Assembly: GCA_050955045.1 (NCBI GenBank) | Contig: JBPBQV010000004.1 | Coordinates: 13,496 to 77,495 of the forward strand | Direction of reading: 5' to 3' | DNA length: 64,000 nucleotides | DNA from: Janthinobacterium lividum | Lineage (GTDB): Bacteria > Bacteroidota > Bacteroidia > Sphingobacteriales > Sphingobacteriaceae | Part shown: positions 29,372-39,854 of the stretch, piece after piece | Numbering within the stretch: position 1 is the stretch's first letter | Layout of the letters: the number at the start of each line of letters is the position of its first letter | Program-made: the position numbers and the translations under genes | Notes under the pieces: generated by a model | The model's input: only the letters and a program-made list of their open reading frames with translations | Databases searched by the model: none | What the model was told of the DNA's origin: nothing

Positions 29372-29986
29372 TCAGTTGAACCTGACTGAATAATAAGCTT
29401 TGTTTACTTTTTTATAAAAATCTGGTCCGTTTTCGTTACTTAAAAAAAGCATCTGCACATAACCTTGTCCGTTTTTTTGCAAACACACCAATAAACCATA
29501 TTGATAACGGTTGGTTTCCGGACGATCTTTTAAATTTAGCTGATAAGAAACTCCATTATCCGCACGGAAACTACTTAACGCGTCAGGTGGCAAAATTTTG
29601 TAAGTGTAATTATCTTTGTCCTTGCCCGCTAACCTTACTGCTGTGCTGGCGGCTGCCATTGTATAAAGTGAATCCGGATGTACGGTTAACCGCCTTATAT
29701 CATCTTCGGAAACTTTAATTTTAGCTTGCTCCTGCTGCGAACTTCTGGCCAAATACCAAACCTGGAAATTACCGTTTTGCAATTCCATGGCATAATCCAC
29801 CTGAATGTTTTCATAACGTAACGGTTTAATTTCTCGAAATTCTTTGGGCGAAAAAAACTGCACGCCAACCATAGATAAGGTTTGCTGAAAGGATTTAAGC
29901 TGCGAATAATTTTGAGGGATTTGTGCAAAACCAGTTGCGCAAATAATTAGTATCAATACAAATGATCGTAATATTTTAAACATCAA
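29372..29986 (-). CDS. hypothetical secreted protein
   Basis: Signal peptide. I recognised no family. Confidence 0.5.
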   Translation of the reverse strand: MMFKILRSFVLILIICATGFAQIPQNYSQLKSFQQTLSMVGVQFFSPKEFREIKPLRYENIQVDYAMELQNGNFQVWYLARSSQQEQAKIKVSEDDIRRLTVHPDSLYTMAAASTAVRLAGKDKDNYTYKILPPDALSSFRADNGVSYQLNLKDRPETNRYQYGLLVCLQKNGQGYVQMLFLSNENGPDFYKKVNKAYYSVRFN

Positions 29987-30080
29987 ATGATTATTAACTT
30001 CGATTAAAATTAATAAAAAGAAGTTAACTATTTAACATTTAACAAAAACATAATAGTGATGTAAACAAATAATTTTGCTT

Positions 30081-30110
30081 CAAAAGAAAAGCCGGAATTA
30101 TTTTCCGGCT
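30081..30110 (-). terminator. Rho-independent-type terminator downstream of kduI
   Basis: agccggaa (30090-30097) pairs with ttccggct (30103-30110). The minus-strand T-run is the complement of 30081-30090. Confidence 0.6.
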
Positions 30111-30138
30111 CTTTAAATTTTAGGTGATAAAAGAAGTA

Positions 30139-30969
30139 TTAGCGCAATTCGCTGATCGCAGCTGGGTCCATATCGCCGTAAACCAAATTTTCGCCGGCCA
30201 TTCCCCAAATAAAACCATAATTAGTAGTACCACAACCAGAGTGAATTGACCATGGCGGAGAAATTATAGCTTCATGGTTAGCAACCAAAAGATGGCGCGT
30301 TTCCTGCGGTTCGCCCATCAAATGAACTACGCGCTGCTCCTGTGGAACATCAAAATAAAAATAAGCTTCCATTCGGCGCGTATGCGTATGTGCTGGCATC
30401 GTATTCCAAACACTTCCAGTGCTTAAAATAGTTAACCCCATTACCAGCTGGCAACTTTTTAAGCCATCCAAATGAATGTATCGGTAAATTGTTCTTTCGT
30501 TTGCGGTTTCTACTGCGCCCATTGTTCCTGGCGAAGCTTCGTCTTTCGTCATTCTGGCTGATGGATAAGTGTGATGCGCCGGTGCAGAAAGCAGGTAAAA
30601 CACAGCAGGATTGGCCAGACTGTTACTTTTAAAAGTAACTTCTTTAGTGCCTTTTCCTAAGTAAACGCAAGTTAATTTTTCCAGATCGAAAGTTATGCCA
30701 TCTGCTTCAATTTGTCCGGCTCCGCCAACGTTGATAATACCGATTTCGCGTCTTTCCAGAAAATATTCGGCACGTAATTCCGGGTGATTTTCCAGTTTCA
30801 GCGGTTTGGTTACGGGTTTGGCTCCGCCGAGGATCATGCGGTCGTAGTGCGAGTAAACTAACTTTACTTCATCATCAACTAATATATTTTGTGCGAGAAA
30901 ATTAGCGCGCAATTCCTGCGTGTTCATTTCGCTAGTTTCTTTCGGACTATTTTGAAATCTTATTTCCAT
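30139..30969 (-). CDS. kduI: 5-dehydro-4-deoxy-D-glucuronate isomerase
   Basis: 276 aa with a cupin core containing HTHTRRMEAYFYF. It is adjacent to kduD. Confidence 0.85.
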   Translation of the reverse strand: MEIRFQNSPKETSEMNTQELRANFLAQNILVDDEVKLVYSHYDRMILGGAKPVTKPLKLENHPELRAEYFLERREIGIINVGGAGQIEADGITFDLEKLTCVYLGKGTKEVTFKSNSLANPAVFYLLSAPAHHTYPSARMTKDEASPGTMGAVETANERTIYRYIHLDGLKSCQLVMGLTILSTGSVWNTMPAHTHTRRMEAYFYFDVPQEQRVVHLMGEPQETRHLLVANHEAIISPPWSIHSGCGTTNYGFIWGMAGENLVYGDMDPAAISELR

Positions 30970-30996
30970 TTTGATACTTCTTTTATCGGTAAAAAA

Positions 30997-31788
30997 TCAG
31001 CGGCCCATCCAGCCACCGTCAACAGTTAAAATTGTTCCGTGTACATAATCCGCAGCAGCCGAAGCCAAAAATATAGCCGGACCTTTAAAATCTTCCGCTT
31101 CTCCCCAACGATTTGCCGGAATTCTTGATAAAATGGACGCACTTCTATCAGGATCATTACGCAACGCTTCCGTATTGTCCGTAGCAATATAACCTGGCGC
31201 AATGCCATTTACATTGATACCTTTTGAAGCCCATTCGTTAGATAAAGCTTTAATCAAACTGCCCAAAGCAGCTTTGCTTGCGGCATATCCGGGAACCGTA
31301 ATTCCGCCTTGAAAAGTAAGCAAAGAACAGGTAAAAATGATCTTACCAGAACCTTGTTCCAGCATTTTTTTTCCGACTTCCCGCGCTAAAATAAATGGTG
31401 CATCGAGGTTTACAGCCATTACTTTGTCCCACATTTCGTCCGGATGTTCGGCAGCGGGTTTACGCAAAATCATGCCGGCGTTGTTGATCAGGATATCAAT
31501 GCGAGGATTTTCAGCAAATAATTTTTCCAGAAATGCATATAATTTTGCACGATCAGAAAAATCAGCCTGATAAGCTTTAAATTTTCTGCCTAAAGCCGTA
31601 ATTTCTTGTTGTACAGCACTATCCTCCAGTTCTAAAGAAGCAGAAACACCAATTACATCTGCACCGGCTTCGGCCATTGCAACGGCCATGGCTTTGCCAA
31701 TTCCACGGTTGCAGCCGGTTGCCAGAACGGTTTTCCCAGACAAATCAAATAAGTTATCGTTCATTTTAGGTTTGTTAGACTGCGGCAA
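30997..31788 (-). CDS. kduD: 2-dehydro-3-deoxy-D-gluconate 5-dehydrogenase (SDR)
   Basis: SDR motifs NNAG and YAASK, and adjacency to kduI. The start could instead be the internal Met at 31764. Confidence 0.8.
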   Translation of the reverse strand: MPQSNKPKMNDNLFDLSGKTVLATGCNRGIGKAMAVAMAEAGADVIGVSASLELEDSAVQQEITALGRKFKAYQADFSDRAKLYAFLEKLFAENPRIDILINNAGMILRKPAAEHPDEMWDKVMAVNLDAPFILAREVGKKMLEQGSGKIIFTCSLLTFQGGITVPGYAASKAALGSLIKALSNEWASKGINVNGIAPGYIATDNTEALRNDPDRSASILSRIPANRWGEAEDFKGPAIFLASAAADYVHGTILTVDGGWMGR

Positions 31789-31799
31789 GGTAGAAATTC

Positions 31800-32819
31800 T
31801 TAATTAGATATTTCCACTTCCGGCCATCCTGAACTGTCCCAATTCAGTTTTTCTATCCGCAATTTAGGTTTTCCCTGGTCATTTGCATCATAACCATGAA
31901 AAACTAAGTAGTCAGTTTTTTGATCGGTAAAAACAGCATTGTGGCCAACGCCGTACCAGTTCTGATTGCCCTGCAAAACCATGGTTCCGCCACCTTTTGC
32001 CATAGAAATTCCGGTTTGATCCAAGTATGGACCCTGAACATTTTTTGACCGGCCAACAATCATTTTATAAGTACTTTTCAGGCCTTTACAGCAATAATCA
32101 ATTGATGCAAAAAGATAATAATAGTTATTTTTTTTAAAGATGAAAGCACCTTCAATCGCATTGCCGCCGGCATCAACGGGATTATTATCTATTGCCGGAA
32201 GATTAATTTTTGAATCTTTTTTCCGACTGGCGATGGTTGGTAGATTATCCAAACTTTCTGCAACAGTCAGTCGGTCTTTATTCAATTTTACTAGCTTCAA
32301 TCCATCCCAAAAAGAACCAAAAGCAAGATATGGAATGCTGTTTTTATCGGTAATTAAATTAGGATCAATGGCGTTCCAGTTTGTTTTACCCGGAATGGAT
32401 TGGATTACTTTTCCATGATCAACCCACAAATAATCAGGAGAATCTGCATGCAGCGTTTTGTTGGTAGCAACGCCGATGGCAGATGTGTTTTTGCCAAAAG
32501 CCGAAACCGAATAATACAGGTAATACAAACCGTTGTAATACGAAATATCCGGTGCCCAGATGTGGCCTTTAAATCCCGGAATTGCTTCAACTGCCCATTT
32601 TGGAGCTTCTGCAAAAACAGGTTTTTCGCGTTTCCAGTGTACCATATCTTTGGATGACCAGCTGGCAATCCCGTTTCCGGTACAAAAAATATAATACAAA
32701 CTATCTTGCTTGATTATGACCGGATCGTGAACAGAAATATTGGTTTGTAAATCCTGCGCTTTCAGGTTTTTATTGCCTAAAAACAGCATGATAATTACTA
32801 AAGATAATAGTCTGTTCAT
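31800..32819 (-). CDS. GH43 glycoside hydrolase, endo-1,5-alpha-L-arabinanase-like
   Basis: VHDPVIIKQDSLYYIF, IWAPDISYYNGLYYLYYS and EGAFIFKK motifs, plus a signal peptide. Confidence 0.8.
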   Translation of the reverse strand: MNRLLSLVIIMLFLGNKNLKAQDLQTNISVHDPVIIKQDSLYYIFCTGNGIASWSSKDMVHWKREKPVFAEAPKWAVEAIPGFKGHIWAPDISYYNGLYYLYYSVSAFGKNTSAIGVATNKTLHADSPDYLWVDHGKVIQSIPGKTNWNAIDPNLITDKNSIPYLAFGSFWDGLKLVKLNKDRLTVAESLDNLPTIASRKKDSKINLPAIDNNPVDAGGNAIEGAFIFKKNNYYYLFASIDYCCKGLKSTYKMIVGRSKNVQGPYLDQTGISMAKGGGTMVLQGNQNWYGVGHNAVFTDQKTDYLVFHGYDANDQGKPKLRIEKLNWDSSGWPEVEISN

Positions 32820-32826
32820 CGCTTAA

Positions 32827-33825
32827 TTATTTTACAGGTTTAACACCTTCACTCGTCATGATTACGCGTTTCATTGTTCCATCCGGATTGTAATATAAAT
32901 AATCAACACACACGGAACGATGGAAACCACCCGCATTTGCAGCCAGTGCACCATCGTGGTAAACAAAATATGATTTTCCTTTAAAATCAATTATGGCCTG
33001 ATGATTAGTGTTGGAATTTCCGGCCAACTCATTTAAAATACCTTTGTAAACCCAGGGTCCGTTAATGCTTTTACTCATCGCGTAAGCAATTTTCTCGGGG
33101 AAACCAGTTGCGTACGACAGATAATACCAACCGTTATGTTTGTTTATCCAAGGTGCTTCTGTAAATTCCGGTACATTAATGGTTTTGATCGGCCCGTCCA
33201 ATTCAGTCATGTTCTTTTTTAATTTGGCATAGTAACAAGCTGTATTTCCCCAGATTAAATAAGCCTGACCGTCATCATCAATGATAACGGTTGGATCAAT
33301 ATCATCCCAGGAAATTTTGGCTGCTTTTGTCATGTCGTTGGTAACCAATGCCGAGCCACGCGCATCTTTAAACGGTCCGGTTGGACTATCGGAAACGGCT
33401 ACACCAATTGATTTCCCAGGAATTGTGCCATGTTCAATTGCTACATACCAGTAAAATTTACCATCGTGCTCAATTACCTGTGAAGCCCAGGCATCATCTT
33501 TCGCCCATGAAAAAGCTTTTACATCTAAAGGAGAAGAATGCTCTGTCCAGTTTACCATATCCGCAGAAGAAAAACACAACCATTCGTGCATATGGTAACT
33601 GGCCACATTTGGCGGTGCAACATCATGGCCGGTGTACAAGTACACTTTATCTTTGTAAACCATAGCACCTGGATCAGCTGTAAATTTGTGTTTGATTATT
33701 GGGTTTCCGGTAGCATGAAAAGTGGTATCGGTATCTAAACGCTTAATTTTTGAAGTAGCTGCTTTTACGTTATAAAATGCTAGTATAGAAAAAATAAAAC
33801 TTACTATTTTTTGAGCTTTAAACAT
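32827..33825 (-). CDS. GH43 glycoside hydrolase (arabinofuranosidase/xylosidase-like)
   Basis: ADPGAMVYKDKVYLYTGHD, WASQVIEHDGKFYWY and TEAPWINKHNGWYYLSY motifs. Confidence 0.8.
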   Translation of the reverse strand: MFKAQKIVSFIFSILAFYNVKAATSKIKRLDTDTTFHATGNPIIKHKFTADPGAMVYKDKVYLYTGHDVAPPNVASYHMHEWLCFSSADMVNWTEHSSPLDVKAFSWAKDDAWASQVIEHDGKFYWYVAIEHGTIPGKSIGVAVSDSPTGPFKDARGSALVTNDMTKAAKISWDDIDPTVIIDDDGQAYLIWGNTACYYAKLKKNMTELDGPIKTINVPEFTEAPWINKHNGWYYLSYATGFPEKIAYAMSKSINGPWVYKGILNELAGNSNTNHQAIIDFKGKSYFVYHDGALAANAGGFHRSVCVDYLYYNPDGTMKRVIMTSEGVKPVK

Positions 33826-33847
33826 CCTTTGTATTTTAATGATAAAA

Positions 33848-33887
33848 GTTTGATACTATTTTTACATCAATAAAAACAGTATCAAAC
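33848..33887. repeat. REP-like hairpin, arms GTTTGATACTATTTTTA / TAAAAACAGTATCAAAC, possible terminator
   Basis: Near-perfect inverted repeat lying downstream of the stop of the DUF3823 gene. Confidence 0.5.
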
Positions 33888-33925
33888 TTTTTAAATGTAG
33901 TTCGATATTTCAAAAAGGCAATAAT

Positions 33926-34609
33926 TTACTTAAGTAGGATTTTTTGTGGTGCAGAGTAAGCCAGTTCGTTTACACCAACTGTTTTAACTCCTGCTCTAAC
34001 ATACACTGCATCAGCATTAGCCAAGGATGCAGGTATTGTAACTGTAGCGGTTACAGGTTGCCCTGGAGTAACAGTGGCTCCAGCAATGTTGGTAGTAGCG
34101 TCTGAATTATTTTGATCAAGCAATATGGTTCTAAATACATACAGCCTTACCTCCTCTAATTGGCTTGTAGCATTTGCTTTTTGCACCGTAATGGAGCTTG
34201 TTATGGTGGTTCCGCTTCTTTGATAAGTAGCATTACTTACAATGAAGTATGGATTAACAGGTACATCTACTACGGTATTGCCGCTTACATGTACATCAAT
34301 AGAATCTGTTTGATTCATCCATGGCCCACTTCCATTAAGCCGGGTTAGTTTATAATCGCCATCAAATAATAAAGCCGAGAAAGAACCATTTTGGTCAATA
34401 AATATTGGGATTGCAGTAAAAAAAGCATAACCATGTTGCCAAAGCTGCAATAGCGCAGTATTTGACCGAACGCCTACGGGTTGACCCTGATAAATTACCC
34501 GACCGGATAGTTTTGATTTTGGAGCTTCGTAATTATCTTTCTTACAACTGCTTATACCAGCTACAGAAAAAAGTACGAGTGATATATAAATATATGATTT
34601 CAATTTCAT
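33926..34609 (-). CDS. DUF3823-type PUL-associated lipoprotein
   Basis: Lipobox ISSC, then KKDNYEAPKSKLSGRVIYQG. It sits directly after SusD. Confidence 0.65.
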   Translation of the reverse strand: MKLKSYIYISLVLFSVAGISSCKKDNYEAPKSKLSGRVIYQGQPVGVRSNTALLQLWQHGYAFFTAIPIFIDQNGSFSALLFDGDYKLTRLNGSGPWMNQTDSIDVHVSGNTVVDVPVNPYFIVSNATYQRSGTTITSSITVQKANATSQLEEVRLYVFRTILLDQNNSDATTNIAGATVTPGQPVTATVTIPASLANADAVYVRAGVKTVGVNELAYSAPQKILLK

Positions 34610-34621
34610 TGGAGTTAAATT

Positions 34622-36532
34622 TTAGTTGAATGGATTTCGAACAATCTTTGGGTTATTATTAATAATTCCTTGATCGAAGCTGGAATAATAGTTAAACTGC
34701 TGGAAAAAACGTGGCGCTTTAAAACGTGGTGCTACCATTTTAATAAATACATATTTACCATCTCGAGCAGCATCTCCTGGGCGTACAATCCGATAAGGAT
34801 ACAGTGCGTAAACTACTGCATCAGGATTGCTTTGATTACCATTCCATACTTTATCAGCAATTCTCCAACGTTTTAAATCCCATAAACGGTGATCTTCAAA
34901 AGCAAATTCTGTTCTGAATTCTGCCCTAACCTTATCGCGTGTAAGTGTTGCTGCGGTATATAAATTTGCACCGGTAAAACCAGCTCGTGTACGAATAGCA
35001 TTTACATACGTTACTGCATCACCAGTTTGACCTAATTCAAAAGCAGCTTCGGCAGCATTTAAATACATTTCACTTAACCGGAACCAAATCCACCATACAT
35101 CACTTTGGATACCACGTGTACTGGTACCACCGCCATTGTCAATAAATTTTCTCAGATAAAATCCAGTGTTTGTAACCTCCGCAATGGAACGGTGAGGACC
35201 AGAAGCTGCAACTAATGTTTTACCATCTGTATAGTTTGTTGCCAAATCCGAACCTTCAGAAGTTTGATAAGTATTGGTAGCAGCATTCCAAACCATTACA
35301 CCAGCCTGCATAGTTACAGTAGCTCCTTTAAAAGGCGCACCAGGATAGATTATTGTTCCGTATAAACGGGCATCTTTATTAGCAAAAATGTCTGTTAAAT
35401 TAGTATAGTAAATATAGTCTCCGTTAGCAGCAGTTGTTTTTAATGCTCCATTAGAACCATCTAAATAATCATAACTTTCTACCAGATTTAACGAAGGTGT
35501 AACACTTGATGAGCCGAGGTTATCTTCGCGTAAACCACGGGCAATATTATCATAACTAAAATAATGTTTCTTAGCTTTTGCAGTTAAAAAATCTCTTACA
35601 AACATTACTTCCTTATTACCTGTTTTATTTCTGATGGCTTCGTAAAAGTTTTCGCCTAAATTTGGATTGCTATTATAAAGTGCATAAAAACCGCTGTTAA
35701 TAATAGTTTTTGAAGCATCCAATGCCTTTTGATAATACTCGTTAGCTCTGGATGCAGGTATTCCTACTTCACCACCCGTTGTTACAATTCCAGGTGTTAG
35801 CTGTGCATTATATTTAGCAATAGAAGCAGCATATAACATAGCACGACTTTTTAAAGCTAAACAGGTATATTTATTTGCTCTGGTTACATCTGCAAATTTA
35901 CTGGCATCGGTACTGTTGCCAATATCATTTTGTATAGCATCCATTTCACTTGCAATAAAATCATAAATTTCAGCTTCTTTAGCACGAGCTTGTTGTAACG
36001 GACTTGCATCACCGCTGAAATCATATAATAATTGTTTGGTAACCAAAGGCACTCCTCCTTCTCTTTTTACCATTTCAAAATATTGGTAAGCTCTGATGAA
36101 CCTGAATTCTGCTTTTAACTGTGTTCTTTGTGCTTCGTTAAGCGTGGCAGCACCATACTTATCTGTGTTTTCAATTGCCAGATTTAAATCTCGTATAAAA
36201 CCATAATCATATAAGAACCAGCTTCCACTGCCATAATTAATAATGTTATTTCGTGCTTCTAAATCGGTATTGGTTTGACCAGACCACATCGCATCATCAT
36301 AACTCGCCATATTTCTCCATTGCGAACCAGCTTGGTCTGTTAAACCCATATCGGTAGGCATACGGTTGTAGTAATTAGCTAACAGTCCTACAATTAACTT
36401 TTGATCTTTCCATAAATCTTCATCTGCTATAATAGTAACTGGCTCTTTATTTAAAAAATCTTTTTTACATGCTGTAGTTGCGCTTATTATTAATCCTATA
36501 CTTATAATAAAGCACTTTTGTATATTTTTCAT
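34622..36532 (-). CDS. SusD/RagB-family nutrient-binding outer-membrane lipoprotein
   Basis: Lipobox TTAC and typical TPR-like helical motifs (FIRAYQYFEMV, RLSEMYLNAAEA). It lies downstream of SusC. Confidence 0.9.
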   Translation of the reverse strand: MKNIQKCFIISIGLIISATTACKKDFLNKEPVTIIADEDLWKDQKLIVGLLANYYNRMPTDMGLTDQAGSQWRNMASYDDAMWSGQTNTDLEARNNIINYGSGSWFLYDYGFIRDLNLAIENTDKYGAATLNEAQRTQLKAEFRFIRAYQYFEMVKREGGVPLVTKQLLYDFSGDASPLQQARAKEAEIYDFIASEMDAIQNDIGNSTDASKFADVTRANKYTCLALKSRAMLYAASIAKYNAQLTPGIVTTGGEVGIPASRANEYYQKALDASKTIINSGFYALYNSNPNLGENFYEAIRNKTGNKEVMFVRDFLTAKAKKHYFSYDNIARGLREDNLGSSSVTPSLNLVESYDYLDGSNGALKTTAANGDYIYYTNLTDIFANKDARLYGTIIYPGAPFKGATVTMQAGVMVWNAATNTYQTSEGSDLATNYTDGKTLVAASGPHRSIAEVTNTGFYLRKFIDNGGGTSTRGIQSDVWWIWFRLSEMYLNAAEAAFELGQTGDAVTYVNAIRTRAGFTGANLYTAATLTRDKVRAEFRTEFAFEDHRLWDLKRWRIADKVWNGNQSNPDAVVYALYPYRIVRPGDAARDGKYVFIKMVAPRFKAPRFFQQFNYYSSFDQGIINNNPKIVRNPFN

Positions 36533-36545
36533 AAGTTGTTAACTG

Positions 36546-39500
36546 CTATAAGGTTAAGTTAAATCCAAGTGTATAGATCTTTTGCTGTGGATAAACCAAT
36601 CCATTTACAGATGAAATTTCCGGATCGATTTGATACTTGCTTACATTATCTAAAGAGAAAAGATTAGTACCATTTACATATACTCTTAAAGCATTAATAC
36701 CTATGCTTTTTATCAATTTGGTTGGGAAAGTATAACCTAATTCTAAGTTTTTGATCCTTAAATAGTGAACATTGGTTAACCAGAAATCATTGTGATCACT
36801 ACCACTTAGTGGGCTACGGAAGATAGACAATCCATTATTATCTTTTCTTAAAGCTGGATAAGTACCTGCTATCCACTCACTGTTAGGATCGTAAGGATCA
36901 GCACGATGCCAATGATCATCTAACATGTATGCTGGTGAGTTACCGTTGTTCTGAAATGGATATTTCAGCTCATAATCCCGAAAATAAGTTTGCATTCCGG
37001 CACCTACAAAATCAAATGCTAAGGAAAATCCTTTCCAGCTTACACGTCCGTTAATACCATAATTAAAGTATGGCAATGCACCTTCTGCATAACCAATTGG
37101 TTTCATATCAAGGCCATTTACAACACCATCACCATTCAAATCTTCATATATTAAATCGCCAGGTAATAATGTGCGATTACCTTGTCCATCAATATTTACC
37201 GGGTAATCATTAATTTGCTGTTGAGATGTAAAACGGCCAATAATATGATGCCCAAAATTTACGCCTGCCCAACGACCAGTTTGATCAAGCCTATATTGAT
37301 CATAAGAGTTACCAAAACGAGGTTTATAAACATAATTAGTTTTATTTCTTCCTAAGGTTGCATTACCACCGATAGAATAACTTACCTGACCAATTTTATT
37401 GCTGTAATTAATAAATCCATCCAAGCCTTGTGTTATATCTGAATTTAGATTTTCTAAAGGTAAACCATAGCCTACTTCATTTGGTAAAACTACATCATAT
37501 CGCGCTGCAGGAAAACCAGAACGCCTGCGTTGATACACATCAAACTGACCAGTAAAATGGGTGAATAATGTAAAGTCTATACCAACGTTTGCCATTGAGT
37601 TTCTTACCCAAGAGATGTTAGTAGTAGGTAAACCTCTTGGTTGTACCCCACTATAATAAGTACCATTTAAAACAGCACTACCAGCATTAACATTATATCC
37701 TCCTAAATAATCAAATGGACCAGGAGCGTAATAATTTCCAGTAATAACATCTTGTAAAGAAGTACCTGTTTGGCCGTAAGAAAGCCTTAGTTTTAAATCA
37801 TTAATACTATTTGATAAATGATTTTTCATGAACCCTTCTTCAGAAATGCGCCAACCGGCAGTAACGCCCGGAAAGAATCCGTAACGATGGCCAGGAGCGT
37901 ATAAGAAAGATCCATCATAACGTGCTACAGCTTCAATTAAATATTTTTTCTTATAATCATAATTAAATCTGCCTGCAATACCTTGAAAAGCTTCCTGATA
38001 GCGAGAATCGCCTAAATAATCTACATCAGAAAAAAACTGTGTTACAATAATATTATTAGGTGGCACAGAGTGCAATGCTTGATATTTATTATCACTTTCT
38101 CTACGCTCAAAAGCAACTACGCCTGATACAGAGTGATCACCAAATTGATGAGTATAATTTAATTGTAATTGAGAAAATTTAGAAACAATGTTTCTTTTAT
38201 GAGTTTCTCTCCAGGGATTTTGGTTACCATAGAGTGCTGCATTTGGGTCTAATGTTTTGCCATCTGATAAAGTTGGGCGGTTATCATAATTACCCGTTAG
38301 CACATTATATCTGTAGGCTGAATAAGTATATTCAAAACCTTCAAAATCTTCATTTAAAAAATCGTAGGAATATAAACCCTTAACAGATAATCCAAATTTA
38401 AAATCATATTGTGCGTTAAATTTAGCACTTGCAGCACGGGTAATATCATCAATATAGCCCGTTATATCATTTTTATAAGTAGCAGGATTAACGTTAACGT
38501 TGTGGGTTTGGTTAATATATAAAGGATTATTGTTAGCATAAGCCATTTCAGTAGGCCACATACTACCTATACTTAATAGTGGGTTAAAGTAATCATCCAA
38601 TCCTGGTACACCTACATTATGCCGATTTTCCTGACGTGCACTTATTTGAGCACCTACCGTAAAACCTTTGGAAATTGTACTACTGATATTAGACTGTATA
38701 TTCGTTCTGTTGAAGTTAAAATCTTTAACAATTGCATCTTGATTTATGTGCCCAACTGATAAATAATACTGAGAATTTTTTGAGCCTCCGGATACGTTGG
38801 CATTCAGATTATACTGAGGTACATTTGGGCGCAGAACAAAATCGTAATAGTTGTTACTTTGATGAGCTGCATCTGCCTGAGTTTCCCACTTTGATAACTC
38901 ATCACGCGAATAAAGTAATGCAGGGTTACGGCCTAAATTTTGTTCAGATTCCAGTAATCCACGTACATACTGGCCTGCATTAGCCGGGCGAGGATAACGG
39001 GTAAAATTTTGTAGCCCGTAATAACTGGAAATACCAATAGTAGGCACATCTGTTTTTTTACCACGTTTGGTTGTTACCAAAACCACACCATTACCAGCAG
39101 CCAAACCATAAATAGAAGCAGATGCATCCTTTAATACAGTAATACTTTCAATATCATCTAACCCTAACTGGTTAAAAGCATTTTGACCAGATATACCACT
39201 ATTATAACCAAAAGCATCCGAACCGTTAGATGTACTATAAGTTACACCATCAATTACATAAAGCGGATTACCGAGATTTCTGATTTGCAAGCTGGCACCG
39301 TTTCCGGGTCTTGCATCAGTTGTACGAGCAGTAATACCCGATACTTTACCAACTAATGCACTGGTTGCGGCAACAGCAGGCGTTCTAACAATATCTTCTG
39401 ATTTTATGGTACTAATTGCACCTGTTACAGTTGCTTTTCGCTGCGTACCGTAAGCTACAACTACTACTTCGTTTAAATCATTATTATTTGTGATCAACTG

Positions 39501-39854
39501 TACCGTAACATTGTCGCCGGGTTTTACATTTACTTCTTTTTGATTGTAACCAATGTAATTAACTACTAGCGTAGTTGCAGCATTAATGGTTAGAGTAAAT
39601 TTTCCGCTTCCGTCTGTACCGATTCCGGCACTACTGTTTTTATCCTTAACAGTTGCTCCTGCTAATGGCTCACCTCGTTGGTCAGTAACAATACCACTTA
39701 CCCGGTTCTGGGCAAAAGCTGATGAAATAGTGAAAACAAAAAAACAGAACATAGAAAAAGAAATTTTAACTTCTTTACCTCGAAACCATCTGCTTTTTAA
39801 ATGAAGCCAATAATAACATACACCATCTGATTTGTTACGTAAATTGTTTTTCAT
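36546..39854 (-). CDS. SusC/RagA-family TonB-dependent outer-membrane transporter
   Basis: Carboxypeptidase-regulatory-like N-terminus (VSGIVTDQRGEPLAGATV), a plug domain and the C-terminal YTLGFNLTL. The start may be an internal Met. Confidence 0.9.
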   Translation of the reverse strand: MKNNLRNKSDGVCYYWLHLKSRWFRGKEVKISFSMFCFFVFTISSAFAQNRVSGIVTDQRGEPLAGATVKDKNSSAGIGTDGSGKFTLTINAATTLVVNYIGYNQKEVNVKPGDNVTVQLITNNNDLNEVVVVAYGTQRKATVTGAISTIKSEDIVRTPAVAATSALVGKVSGITARTTDARPGNGASLQIRNLGNPLYVIDGVTYSTSNGSDAFGYNSGISGQNAFNQLGLDDIESITVLKDASASIYGLAAGNGVVLVTTKRGKKTDVPTIGISSYYGLQNFTRYPRPANAGQYVRGLLESEQNLGRNPALLYSRDELSKWETQADAAHQSNNYYDFVLRPNVPQYNLNANVSGGSKNSQYYLSVGHINQDAIVKDFNFNRTNIQSNISSTISKGFTVGAQISARQENRHNVGVPGLDDYFNPLLSIGSMWPTEMAYANNNPLYINQTHNVNVNPATYKNDITGYIDDITRAASAKFNAQYDFKFGLSVKGLYSYDFLNEDFEGFEYTYSAYRYNVLTGNYDNRPTLSDGKTLDPNAALYGNQNPWRETHKRNIVSKFSQLQLNYTHQFGDHSVSGVVAFERRESDNKYQALHSVPPNNIIVTQFFSDVDYLGDSRYQEAFQGIAGRFNYDYKKKYLIEAVARYDGSFLYAPGHRYGFFPGVTAGWRISEEGFMKNHLSNSINDLKLRLSYGQTGTSLQDVITGNYYAPGPFDYLGGYNVNAGSAVLNGTYYSGVQPRGLPTTNISWVRNSMANVGIDFTLFTHFTGQFDVYQRRRSGFPAARYDVVLPNEVGYGLPLENLNSDITQGLDGFINYSNKIGQVSYSIGGNATLGRNKTNYVYKPRFGNSYDQYRLDQTGRWAGVNFGHHIIGRFTSQQQINDYPVNIDGQGNRTLLPGDLIYEDLNGDGVVNGLDMKPIGYAEGALPYFNYGINGRVSWKGFSLAFDFVGAGMQTYFRDYELKYPFQNNGNSPAYMLDDHWHRADPYDPNSEWIAGTYPALRKDNNGLSIFRSPLSGSDHNDFWLTNVHYLRIKNLELGYTFPTKLIKSIGINALRVYVNGTNLFSLDNVSKYQIDPEISSVNGLVYPQQKIYTLGFNLTL